From Candidatus Heimdallarchaeota archaeon (GTDB lineage: Archaea > Asgardarchaeota > Heimdallarchaeia > Heimdallarchaeales > Heimdallarchaeaceae): a stretch of 64,000 nt of DNA. A program made the translations under genes and the position numbers. The stretch covers positions 1 through 64,000 of the forward strand of contig DAOVET010000003.1 of the NCBI GenBank assembly GCA_030668825.1, given 5' to 3'. The stretch's first letter is position 1, and the number at the start of each line of letters is the position of its first letter. Shown one piece after another: positions 47,646 through 57,175 of the stretch. The notes under the pieces were generated by a model. It had not been told where the DNA came from, ran no database searches, and was given only the letters and a program-made list of their open reading frames with translations.

Positions 47646-48413
47646 ATGAGTAGAATGAATTTAAGGGAAATTACAGGGTTGCCCATTAGTAGTGAAGAAA
47701 CTACACTAAGATACAGTGAAAGTGAAATTAGTGTGAAGGATGTGCTGATTCACAAAGTCGAGGATATTTCTAATTTTTTGTTGAAAAATGAATGGGGAGG
47801 AAAAGAGAAGGATAAAGAAGTGTTTAGAATCTATCGAGGAGTAAGGAAAGTAGAAGATAAACCCCTATGGGATGTAATGAGATTTGATTTCTTAATTATC
47901 CAAGCTGGAAAATTAGGAGAAGAATATTACAAGACTTCTGGCTATTATAGATCCTTTGCAGGTACAGGATACCGTTTTTCCGAGATCTATCAAGTTGTTG
48001 AAGGATATTCAGAATTCTTACTCCAACAATTCGGGGAGACCCATGAGAAAATCAAAGATGCTGTAATGATAAGAGCACAAAAATTTGATACAGTTATCGT
48101 ACCTCCTTCTTACGGAGTTACAATAATTAATCCAAGTGACCAAAAAGCTGTTCTAGCAAGAATCCGTGCAGACGATGCTAAGGAAATAAAGGATGGCTAT
48201 GAAAGAACAAAAGGGGAATGTTATATTAGGGGGGAAGAAGGGAGATGGATGTATAATGAGAACTATCAAGAAATTCCAAACTTGAGATTAGAACCACCTC
48301 AAAATAAATGGCGATCTTTGAAAAGGGGGATTCCAATCTACAATATATATGTATACAAGCCAAGAATATTTGCACCTTTATTAGAACCAGATCCTGCAGA
48401 TTATATCATATGA
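47646..48413 (+). CDS. Cupin-type glucose-6-phosphate isomerase homolog lacking the His ligands
   Basis: IYRGV, RFD...I..G.LG.EYYKT.G, EIYQVVEG...LLQ, VIVPP.YG...INP. Confidence 0.8.
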   Translation: MSRMNLREITGLPISSEETTLRYSESEISVKDVLIHKVEDISNFLLKNEWGGKEKDKEVFRIYRGVRKVEDKPLWDVMRFDFLIIQAGKLGEEYYKTSGYYRSFAGTGYRFSEIYQVVEGYSEFLLQQFGETHEKIKDAVMIRAQKFDTVIVPPSYGVTIINPSDQKAVLARIRADDAKEIKDGYERTKGECYIRGEEGRWMYNENYQEIPNLRLEPPQNKWRSLKRGIPIYNIYVYKPRIFAPLLEPDPADYII

Positions 48414-48452
48414 TAAAGTTACTAACAATTATTTCAAATATTTTGAGAAAAG

Positions 48453-48561
48453 TGGTGGGGCATAGCAGATTTGAACTGCCGACCCCCCGGTTTCGAAATA
48501 TGATTCTCTCAAGAATCACAAATATCAGCCGAGTGCTCTAACCAAGCTGAGCTAATGCCCC
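48453..48561 (-). tRNA. tRNA-Ile(GAT) with 31-nt intron (48492-48522) at 37/38, CCA encoded
   Basis: Reverse complement GGGGCAT-TAGCTCAGCTTGGTTAGAGC-A-CTCGG-CTGATA[intron]A-CCGGG...GTTCAAATC...ATGCCCC-ACCA. Confidence 0.92.
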
Positions 48562-48688
48562 ATTCTTACTGCATTCCTCCTAATTTATTACTTTTAAAAA
48601 TGTTTTCTTATAATTCTAAAAAAGAAAGAGGAACTTGGTCAGTCTATTGTAAGACATTTTTTTATACTAATCTCTCCTAAGAAGAGTT

Positions 48689-48910
48689 CTACTCACTGTC
48701 ATCTTTTGAGGTGTAAAATGGAGATTTTTTTTCGTTTTTCAACATTCGAATCAATCTATCCATCCCTTCAATTTCTTCTACACTTATTCTTGGTTTTTCC
48801 TGTAATAAATCCTGAAATCTTAAAATCTTATTTCTACTGTCCACACTAATCTCTATCTTAGGGTATGATTCTGTTAATTTTTCAGATTCTTCTGTCATTT
48901 GCATAACCAT
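48689..48910 (-). CDS. Small hypothetical protein, paralog of 49107-49316
   Basis: Shared motif ES.PK...IL...DLL.EKPR.SV.EI....LI.MLKN. Confidence 0.7.
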   Translation of the reverse strand: MVMQMTEESEKLTESYPKIEISVDSRNKILRFQDLLQEKPRISVEEIEGMDRLIRMLKNEKKSPFYTSKDDSE

Positions 48911-49106
48911 CTGTTACTTTAGTTCCCAACCCCATTTTACATAATGATAGGATGTATTACTTACGTATTTGCCAGATGAATATAAAAGACAATTAAAATT
49001 CTATACTGTACTTCTTTTGTAGCTTTATGAGACCATCAAACGATTTTGATGATTCCATTAAAGCTGGTGCTGATTTGGATTTTTTCTTGGGCAGAACAAG
49101 TTGTAA

Positions 49107-49316
49107 TTACTTTCCAGTACCTTTTGGAGGCTTATACGAGAATTTTGCAGAGTTTTTTAGCATCTTTATCAGTTTGTAGGTATCGTCTATCTCTTTTACA
49201 CTAGCTCGAGGTTTTTCTGTAAGCAAATCTTCTATTTTGAGAATAACTCTCCCTTTATCTGGTTTTGCAGACAACTTAGGAATAGATTCAATTGTTCGTT
49301 CTATTTTTTTAACCAT
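49107..49316 (-). CDS. Small hypothetical protein, paralog of 48689-48910
   Basis: Shared motif ES.PK...IL...DLL.EKPR.SV.EI....LI.MLKN. Confidence 0.7.
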   Translation of the reverse strand: MVKKIERTIESIPKLSAKPDKGRVILKIEDLLTEKPRASVKEIDDTYKLIKMLKNSAKFSYKPPKGTGK

Positions 49317-49449
49317 TCAGAATCACAGTACTTATTTCTTAGTCTTAAGAGCTTAACTATTTTCTTTTGATAGAATGTATTACTGGGATATTCATTATTT
49401 ACTTGTGAAAGACAATTAACGTTTTATAGTAACTTTTCACTGTTTTCAT

Positions 49450-49869
49450 ATGTCTCCATCAAAAGAATCAGATGCTTCTGTCGCTGCAGGAGCTGACTTA
49501 CTTCTAAAGGGTTGGAAGATGATCAATAAAGCCTGCCCTGTTTGTGTAGAACCTCTTTATGAAAAAGATGGAAAAGTCGTTTGTGTAAAATGTAAAAAAG
49601 AATATGTTCTGGTGGATTCAAAATCTGAAATGCCCCCAACTAAAACATCAGAGGCTCAACAACCAGCAGCAAGTTCTTCACCAAACAATTTCAGTTCATA
49701 TGATTTCAGCTCTTTACCTCCTGCTCTAGCAGATACTGCTAAAATAATGCTGGAAAAAATAACTGACCTGAATGCAAAATTAAAAGAATCATCGGATCCC
49801 AAAGAAATAGAAAAAATTTCTTCTTCAATTCGTTCTCTTATTGATTCTCTCCATTCTCTGAATTCTTAG
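49450..49869 (+). CDS. SSSCA1/autoantigen p27 (UPF0148) Zn-ribbon protein
   Basis: ADLLLKGWKM...ACPVC..PLY..DG...CV.C. Confidence 0.88.
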   Translation: MSPSKESDASVAAGADLLLKGWKMINKACPVCVEPLYEKDGKVVCVKCKKEYVLVDSKSEMPPTKTSEAQQPAASSSPNNFSSYDFSSLPPALADTAKIMLEKITDLNAKLKESSDPKEIEKISSSIRSLIDSLHSLNS

Positions 49870-52309
49870 GTTCTTTTTTTACCTTTTCTCTTTTTAAGAA
49901 CTCTAGTTCATCCTTCATCCCCTTTATCTCTTCTCCCGTCTCGATTTCATTATAATTTGTATAAATAAAATCAACTATGTCAGAAGCTATCTTCTCACCA
50001 ACTCCGCGTACTTCAAAGAAGTCCTCTAGTTTCGCATTCATAATCTCTTTAACCGATCCAAAATGCTTCAACATTCTACTAGATATCTTGTGGTCAACAT
50101 GTGGTAAAGAAGCAATGGCTTCTTCTAATTGTGACTTAAGACCTATTCCTTTTCTTTTACCAATTGAAATGCTTCTTTTTCTCTCTTCTTGTTCTCTTCT
50201 TGCCATAGCAAATAGAATTTCTGCTGTCTCTTTCTGATTTTGAGTGTGAATAATTGGGAGTCTGAAATCTGTAGCTAAAGAAGTTAAAGCTCCAGCAAGT
50301 GCATGTGGGTGAAGTGATGAACTGAATAAATTGAAGTCTCCTTCTAAAATCATTACTGGTTTTGCACAACTTTCTACCAATACTTTTGTTTGCACAAATA
50401 GCCGTTTATCTAAAATTGATTTGATAAAATCATCACCGGTTTTTCTCTCCACTACGATTTGATCTGAACAAATATAGTCACCAATATCCAATCTTTCAAA
50501 TCCTAGTTCTACATCTTTGTTCATCAATTCTTTAATAACAACTGAATTTCTTTCTCTACTATCACAAATTACTTTGATTTTTCCCTTTTCTTTAACGAAT
50601 TTAACATCTTTAGTTTCTTTTTCGAGGTTTTCTAGTTCTTCTAGATTTTCTTCTTGATATTCTTGTATCTTGGTTGAAATTTTTTCAGCTTCTTTGAGAA
50701 AATCCATAATTCCTTTTTGTTTGTCTTTCGTTGCTGTTTCTTTCCTTTTTAAGGGTTTTTCAAGCCTCTTCACGAGTTTTTTCATTTTTTGAGTTTGTCT
50801 CTTAGATACCCACATGTATGCTTCATCTCTAGTTCCCTCAGCGATGAGCATAATTACTTTACCTTCCTTTCTTCTTCCTGTCCGTCCCTTTCTCTGAATT
50901 AATCTGATAGCACTTGGGACAGCATCATAGAAAATTACTAACTCACACTCACCAATGTCTAACCCTTCTTCTGCAACACTAGTTGAAACTAATGAGTTGT
51001 AAGTTCCATCTCGAAAAGATTGCATAATTTCAATTTGTTCTTTCTGAGAAAGACCTTTATCTCCTCTTGCGGAAGATTGCCCCACAAACCAGTGGGAATT
51101 TATTCCACTTATTTTGTTTAGTTCTTCACTAATTATTTTGGCAGCTACTCTGAAATGTGCAAAAATGAGTATTCTGTTGTTTGGATTATTAGATAATTCC
51201 TCAGTTACAATCTTCTTTAACCTTTCAATTTTCGGGTGAATAATTTTCTCTTCTTGAAGAATTTGAACAGATTCTACAACTTGTCGCATTTCATCTGAGA
51301 ACATTAATTCTTTTAGTGCTCTACTTCCTTTCCCAAACTTAATCTCATTAATTTGTTTTTCTAAATATTTACTTAACGAAGGTATTCCTTGTGTTTCAAT
51401 AAGTTCTATGGCATGAGATAATCGAATTGAATTACCTACTAAAGACATGGCTCTGAAGAATTCTGTTCTATCTTCTTGGTCTGAATTACTGTAGATTTCA
51501 TTTACTCTTGCTCTTAACTGTAACAATTCCCTCCTGGGATTATTTTTTGGGGAGACTGATTTAATAATTTTAAGTTCTTTTAATCCCTCTAGGATAACCT
51601 TGAAGAGATCATTTAGTGTATCAATAATTGCTTTAAATTCATCTGATAGTGGAATAATTTCCCAGCTTTCATCAATTTCATGTATATATTGCCTAACATC
51701 ATCTGAACTTTCATCACGCATTTCGATGTTAGTGATTCCAAGATTTGATTGAACTTCATTAATTCTTTCAATTTTTGAACCGGGACTAGCGGTTATACCA
51801 AGCAATAAAGGATTGGTTGCTCTTTTAAGATATTGTTCTGCGATGAAAACATAGCTATGGTCTCCAACAGCTTTATGTGCTTCATCTAAACACAGAAAAA
51901 TAATTTCTTCCAATTTGACTCTTCTTTGAATTATGTCATTCTGTATAGTTTGAGGCGTAGTAATGAACACTTGGCCATTAGCCCAAATCTCCCTGCGTTT
52001 CTTTGGATCAATTTGTCCAGAAACTTGAACAATTTTATCTTGATCAATATTTAGTGATTTACGGGTTGTACGCTCATGCTGATCAAGTAAGGGTTTTGTT
52101 GGAGCACAAAAAACGATTTTTCCTTCTGGAAACTTCTCTAATCTCTGTGCAGTAATCATCAGATAAAGAACGGTTTTACCTAACCCTGTTGGTAAAATAA
52201 CAAGGGAATTTTCCTTTATACAAGAAGCAAAAAGAGTCTGTTGGTATAATCTTGCTTCAATTGTATTTGGCTTAATCAAAGGATGATTTAGGTATTCAGT
52301 CTGGTTCAT
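49838..52309 (-). CDS. hef: Hef: FANCM-like helicase fused to ERCC4/XPF nuclease
   Basis: R.YQ, PTGLGKT, DEAH, TASPG, EEGLDI, QRKGRTGR; GDY..S....ERK...DF; HhH; start refined to ATG 52309. Confidence 0.96.
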   Translation of the reverse strand: MNQTEYLNHPLIKPNTIEARLYQQTLFASCIKENSLVILPTGLGKTVLYLMITAQRLEKFPEGKIVFCAPTKPLLDQHERTTRKSLNIDQDKIVQVSGQIDPKKRREIWANGQVFITTPQTIQNDIIQRRVKLEEIIFLCLDEAHKAVGDHSYVFIAEQYLKRATNPLLLGITASPGSKIERINEVQSNLGITNIEMRDESSDDVRQYIHEIDESWEIIPLSDEFKAIIDTLNDLFKVILEGLKELKIIKSVSPKNNPRRELLQLRARVNEIYSNSDQEDRTEFFRAMSLVGNSIRLSHAIELIETQGIPSLSKYLEKQINEIKFGKGSRALKELMFSDEMRQVVESVQILQEEKIIHPKIERLKKIVTEELSNNPNNRILIFAHFRVAAKIISEELNKISGINSHWFVGQSSARGDKGLSQKEQIEIMQSFRDGTYNSLVSTSVAEEGLDIGECELVIFYDAVPSAIRLIQRKGRTGRRKEGKVIMLIAEGTRDEAYMWVSKRQTQKMKKLVKRLEKPLKRKETATKDKQKGIMDFLKEAEKISTKIQEYQEENLEELENLEKETKDVKFVKEKGKIKVICDSRERNSVVIKELMNKDVELGFERLDIGDYICSDQIVVERKTGDDFIKSILDKRLFVQTKVLVESCAKPVMILEGDFNLFSSSLHPHALAGALTSLATDFRLPIIHTQNQKETAEILFAMARREQEERKRSISIGKRKGIGLKSQLEEAIASLPHVDHKISSRMLKHFGSVKEIMNAKLEDFFEVRGVGEKIASDIVDFIYTNYNEIETGEEIKGMKDELEFLKREKVKKEPKNSENGENQ

Positions 52310-52381
52310 TTTAGACCACAATAACAATTTGCATATGATGTTTTATATTTGAATATATAAATTATAGTTCTTTCTAATTCT

Positions 52382-54004
52382 TTGCTAAAGCCAATGCAAA
52401 ACTCTTATAATGTTGCAGTTAGAGATGAAAGAGTGTCTATTATGAGTTCTGAACGAGATGACCCAGAAATGCCCTCAGGAACTCAACTGAAAATTGTCAC
52501 ACTAGTTAGTACTGTAGGTATAGGGGTTTTCATGTCCTCTTTAGATGCTTCCATTGTGGTAGTAATTTTGGATAACATAAGATCTCTCTACGGCTATACA
52601 ATCCTGTCTCTCAGTGAATTTGGTGGCATTCCACAATTAACATGGAACTTTGTAGATGTTACACCTACACAAATACAGTGGGTGATGCTTTCATATCTTC
52701 TTGTAATGATGGCTTTTACAGTTATCGCAGGAGATTTAGGTGACAGATTCAGCAACAAAAGAATATTTCAGTATGGAATGATTTGTTTTGCTATTGGGTC
52801 ACTTTTCTGTTATTTGTCCATTGAATTTCTTACTCGTTCTATTTGGTGGTTAGTGCTCAGTAGAGTTATCCAATCTCTAGGAGCTACAGGAATGCTGGCA
52901 AATGGAATGGCCCTTGTAACTAGATTTACTACTAAGAAGAATAGAGGAACTGCAGTAGGTATAAACAACGTTGTTATTTCTATAGCAGTAATCTTAGGAC
53001 CTGTTTTTGGATCTGTAATAGGTCAATATTGGAATATTGGTGGTGTGTTTTTAATTAATCTTCCAATTGCAGCTATCGGATTAGTGTTAGTACATCTTAA
53101 TATTCCAAAAACTCCACCATTAGCAGAAAAGAGAACAGCAGATTATCTTGGATCTTTTTTAATTGCAGTATTTCTAATGATTTTAGTTTTAAGCTTCAGT
53201 ATTTTTCCTGAATCAGAAACTATTCCAAACGCGAGAATCTTGGCGGGGCTAGCTCTAGGTTTCAGTCTTCTTGTTCTTCCAGTTTTCATATGGTGGGAAA
53301 GAAAAACGTCTAATCCTCTGCTTGATTTCAAGATGTTAAAAAACAAGAAGATCTCAATAGGTTTAGTTACTGCCATATTAAAACATCAAGGGTATATAGT
53401 TATTATCTATCAATTTAGCTTGTTTTTACCGAGATTTGGAATAACCCATACTCCAATAGAACTTGGTTTAGTGCTTTCAGGAGTAGCTATTGGCATGGCA
53501 ATTTTTGCAGCAGTTTCAGGAAAATTATCAAACACAGTTGATGCAAGATATTTATGTACTGGTGCAATGATGGGTGTTGCTATAATGCTTGCAGTTCTTT
53601 CTGCATTAATTGATGTTAATGCTCATCTGTCGATATATATTATCTCGGCAATTGTGATAGGTATCTGTATAGGAATGTTTCAATCTCCCAATGGCAACAG
53701 TATTATGAGCGCTGCACCAAAGGAAAAACTTGGGATAGCAAGCGCTTTACATGGTTTAACAACCAGTGTAGGGATAAGCTTGGGGACAGCTATTTCTACA
53801 GCTATTCTTGCTTTTGCAGTAGGTCTTGCTTCAAATAAAAATGGCCTACCTATTTATGGAGAAGTAAATTACGCAATTGGACTCAAATGGGTATTTGGGG
53901 TATATGCAATAGTAACCTTTTTGGGAGCAGTTCTATCATATTTCAGAGGACCAGAAGATAGAAGTGATGATGAACCTATAGAAAAAGTAATGAAAACACA
54001 TTAA
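52382..54004 (+). CDS. MFS drug:H+ antiporter (DHA2, EmrB/QacA-like)
   Basis: FMSSLDASIV, GDLGDRFSNK, R.IQ.LG, FLINLP; about 14 TM segments. Confidence 0.92.
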   Translation: MLKPMQNSYNVAVRDERVSIMSSERDDPEMPSGTQLKIVTLVSTVGIGVFMSSLDASIVVVILDNIRSLYGYTILSLSEFGGIPQLTWNFVDVTPTQIQWVMLSYLLVMMAFTVIAGDLGDRFSNKRIFQYGMICFAIGSLFCYLSIEFLTRSIWWLVLSRVIQSLGATGMLANGMALVTRFTTKKNRGTAVGINNVVISIAVILGPVFGSVIGQYWNIGGVFLINLPIAAIGLVLVHLNIPKTPPLAEKRTADYLGSFLIAVFLMILVLSFSIFPESETIPNARILAGLALGFSLLVLPVFIWWERKTSNPLLDFKMLKNKKISIGLVTAILKHQGYIVIIYQFSLFLPRFGITHTPIELGLVLSGVAIGMAIFAAVSGKLSNTVDARYLCTGAMMGVAIMLAVLSALIDVNAHLSIYIISAIVIGICIGMFQSPNGNSIMSAAPKEKLGIASALHGLTTSVGISLGTAISTAILAFAVGLASNKNGLPIYGEVNYAIGLKWVFGVYAIVTFLGAVLSYFRGPEDRSDDEPIEKVMKTH

Positions 54005-54148
54005 GTTTTCATTCTTTCTTTCAAGTTAAGAAAAGTTGACGAAGTTTTTTAAAATGGCCTTTATCTTAATACAAACATAAAGGCTTTATATTAATTGGGT
54101 GTGTAATCACTCTATTTTTAAAGCAACGAAAAACAGCAATATTAAAGG

Positions 54149-56626
54149 TTGATGACTGTGAGTGAATTCGTTCCTAGACTAACAGAAAAAACATATGACC
54201 CCCAAACAAAGGATATAAAACTATTCAATATTTGGCAAAAGGAAAAACTGTTTGCATTTAACAAAAACTCAGGAAAGCCAATCTATTGTATAGATACCCC
54301 TCCGCCTTATGCAAATGCACCTTGGCACATGGGTGGTGCTATTCATTATAGTGGAATAGATATGATTGCTAGATATAAACGTATGTCTGGAAATGAAATC
54401 TTATTTCCAATGTGTTTGGATCGCAATGGCCTACCAATTGAAGTTCAAGCTGAGAAAGAATTCAAGGTATCCATGCATGATGTTCCAAGAGAAGAATTTT
54501 TGAAAATGTGCAAAAGGATCTTAGATCGAGTAGGTGACCAAATACTCCATATATGCAGAATTTTAGGATTCAGCAATAATTCCTTTGAATGGGACGAAGT
54601 TTACAAAACTGACGAAGAACAATACAGGGCACTTACTCAAGCGACATTCATTGAATTGTTTAAGGATAATCAAATTTACGAAGATAATCGACCCAACAAT
54701 TATTGCACCCGCTGCAAAACAACCATAGCCGATAATGAAATTGATTATGAGTCAGGTTCACATTTACTCTATGATGTTAGGTTCAAAGTAAAAGAAACAG
54801 GTGAGGAGTTAATTATCTCAACGTCTAGACCTGAGTTGATACCAGCTATAGGGGTAGTAATTTTTAGCCCAAAAGATGAAAGGTATTTGCATTTAAAGGG
54901 GAAGACAGCTATATCTCCTATATTTGAAGATGAAGTGCTGATTATGCCCCATCATTATGCAAAAGCTGAATTTGGAACCGGTATAATGATGGTATGTGCT
55001 TATGGAGATTCAGGAGATGTTCAAATATTTAGAGAACTTCAATTAAATCCCCAAACTGTAATAGATACAGATGGTAAGATAACAGAACAAGTACCTGCTT
55101 ATACTGGTTTAACAGTGAAAGAAGCAAGAAAACAAATTGCTATTGATCTTGAAGAACAAGGGTTTATTCTTGAGAAAGCAGATGCACCTCATAATTTTCC
55201 AACATGTTCTAGATGTAAGAAAGAAGTAGAATTTCTAGCAATGCCTGAGTATTACCTAAAACAAGTAGAATATGTTCCAAAGTTACTTGAGTATGCGCAA
55301 GAGATGGATTTTTTCCCACCTTTCATGAGACAGGTTTGGGTAGATTGGTTGAACATTGTTTCGATTGACTGGCCAATAAGCAGAAGACGGTATTATGGAA
55401 CAGAAGTACCCATATGGTATTGTAATAAATGTAATCATCCCAATGTGCCTGAACCAGGACCTTATTATCAACCTTGGAAAGATGACCCTCCCTTTGGTAC
55501 ATGTGAAAAATGCAATAGCTCTGAGGGTTTTGAAGGTGATTCACGTACTTTTGATACTTGGATGGATTCTTCAATTAGTGAAATATACATAACTAAACAT
55601 CCTCACAACAAGAAAGATGAAGAACTATTTAAGGAATTGAACAGCAGACCCTTTATATGTGATATAAGGCCTCAAGGTAAGGATATAGTACGAACATGGT
55701 TACATTATACTATGTTAAGGGGTCTTCAACTTCATAATAAACCCGCATTTAATCATGCTTGGATTTCAGGACACGTGGTAAATAGTAAAGGCGAAAAGAT
55801 GTCAAAAAGCAAAGGAGCTGCTGTACACCCTGAGAAAATGATTGAAAAATTTGGTGGTGATGCTGTGAGATTTTATGGAGCAGCTGAAGCAAGTCATGGC
55901 TCTGATATCAGATTCAATCAGCAGAGATTACAAGGTATTTCCAAATTCATAAACAAATTTTACAATATTGCCAAATTTGTTAGTAGATTTCCTATAGTCG
56001 AAGATGAATTAGAAATTTCTTTACAACCGGCTGATGAATGGATACTATCTGAATTAGCAAAGGCTATAGATGAATCTCAAAAAGGTTATGAGATATATGA
56101 TTTTCAAATACCAGCTAAAACTCTTCGAAATTTTGCCTGGGAAACATTCGCTTCACATTATGTGGAACTTGTAAAAGGAAGAGCTTACAACAGAAATGGC
56201 ACATACAAAATTAAAGAACAAAAAGCTGCTTGGTTCACCCTTCATAAAATTATAAAAGAATTAACCAAAGCTTTTGCTCCAATCATTCCATTTGTTACAG
56301 ATTTAATCTATAGAGGGATTTATGATTCATGCGTTCACACACAAGCGTTTCCAAAACCTGAAGAAATTATTAAAAAATCCATGTTCACAAATTTAACATC
56401 ATTACTATTAGAAATAAATTCTGCAATTTGGAAATTTAAGAAAGATAAGAAACTGCCTTTGAACACTCCGATAAAACAAGCATACTTTCCCAAAGAACTA
56501 TCTCCTTTGATGGGTGACCTTCAATCGATGCATGGAATTGAAAGTATGGTAGAAAATATAGATAGTATAAAGGAAGGAGAAATAATAAGTCTCACAGAAG
56601 AAACCATCATAAACCTGAAATTATAG
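54149..56626 (+). CDS. valS: Valine-tRNA ligase
   Basis: IDTPPPY...HMGG, DWPISRRR.YG, DTWMDSS, RPQGKDI.RTW, KMSKS. Confidence 0.96.
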   Translation: MMTVSEFVPRLTEKTYDPQTKDIKLFNIWQKEKLFAFNKNSGKPIYCIDTPPPYANAPWHMGGAIHYSGIDMIARYKRMSGNEILFPMCLDRNGLPIEVQAEKEFKVSMHDVPREEFLKMCKRILDRVGDQILHICRILGFSNNSFEWDEVYKTDEEQYRALTQATFIELFKDNQIYEDNRPNNYCTRCKTTIADNEIDYESGSHLLYDVRFKVKETGEELIISTSRPELIPAIGVVIFSPKDERYLHLKGKTAISPIFEDEVLIMPHHYAKAEFGTGIMMVCAYGDSGDVQIFRELQLNPQTVIDTDGKITEQVPAYTGLTVKEARKQIAIDLEEQGFILEKADAPHNFPTCSRCKKEVEFLAMPEYYLKQVEYVPKLLEYAQEMDFFPPFMRQVWVDWLNIVSIDWPISRRRYYGTEVPIWYCNKCNHPNVPEPGPYYQPWKDDPPFGTCEKCNSSEGFEGDSRTFDTWMDSSISEIYITKHPHNKKDEELFKELNSRPFICDIRPQGKDIVRTWLHYTMLRGLQLHNKPAFNHAWISGHVVNSKGEKMSKSKGAAVHPEKMIEKFGGDAVRFYGAAEASHGSDIRFNQQRLQGISKFINKFYNIAKFVSRFPIVEDELEISLQPADEWILSELAKAIDESQKGYEIYDFQIPAKTLRNFAWETFASHYVELVKGRAYNRNGTYKIKEQKAAWFTLHKIIKELTKAFAPIIPFVTDLIYRGIYDSCVHTQAFPKPEEIIKKSMFTNLTSLLLEINSAIWKFKKDKKLPLNTPIKQAYFPKELSPLMGDLQSMHGIESMVENIDSIKEGEIISLTEETIINLKL

Positions 56627-56652
56627 GTTATTATGAAATGGTAATCAAGAAT

Positions 56653-56958
56653 TTACCAGCTGGGGATTTTTTTCTTTACTCTTGTTTCTGGAGTTCCTTT
56701 AATTATATGTCCTTCAACTAAAATTATCGTTCCATCTGTAATTTTGATTTGAAAAACTTGATTTGACTTTGGAATCCATAAGACCTTCTTTTCAGTTGAA
56801 ACTCTTAAAAGATTGGAAGTTTCCTCTTCAATAATACCTTTTACACCAATTAAATCTTCAGAGGAACTATGTTTTACTTCTATTTCTAAACCTACTAGTG
56901 ACGAAGAAAGATTTCGCCAAACTCTAGATTTTCGTTTATTACGATTTTCTTTTGACAT
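56653..56958 (-). CDS. rnp1: Ribonuclease P protein component 1 (Rpp29/Pop4)
   Basis: LVGL..EV......L.G..G.I.EET.N, IPK....F, G..I.G.PE.R. Confidence 0.92.
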   Translation of the reverse strand: MSKENRNKRKSRVWRNLSSSLVGLEIEVKHSSSEDLIGVKGIIEEETSNLLRVSTEKKVLWIPKSNQVFQIKITDGTIILVEGHIIKGTPETRVKKKIPSW

Positions 56959-57161
56959 TAAATCTCATCTAGTTCAGTCATAATAGTCACAATTCTTGCA
57001 ATTGCTTTCTTATATTCTTGAATTTGACCTGGATTTTCGATTGATCCACCAGATGATAATTCGGATTGAATTGTAAATAGCTTCTTCTTAAATTCGTCCA
57101 GTTTCTTGAGTCTTTGATTTTTATTCAACTTTCTAATTTCACTTGATCTTATTAGTGTCAC
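56958..57161 (-). CDS. rpl29: 50S ribosomal protein uL29
   Basis: EIRKL, ENPGQI...KKAIARI.T; follows uS3. Confidence 0.93.
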   Translation of the reverse strand: MTLIRSSEIRKLNKNQRLKKLDEFKKKLFTIQSELSSGGSIENPGQIQEYKKAIARIVTIMTELDEI

Positions 57162-57175
57162 ATCATTTCACTCCT

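Noticed and set aside
48308-48541. 77-aa ORF overlapping tRNA-Ile (and the similar 43671-43913 ORF)
   Set aside because: Overlap tRNA genes and real CDSs; no protein motifs.
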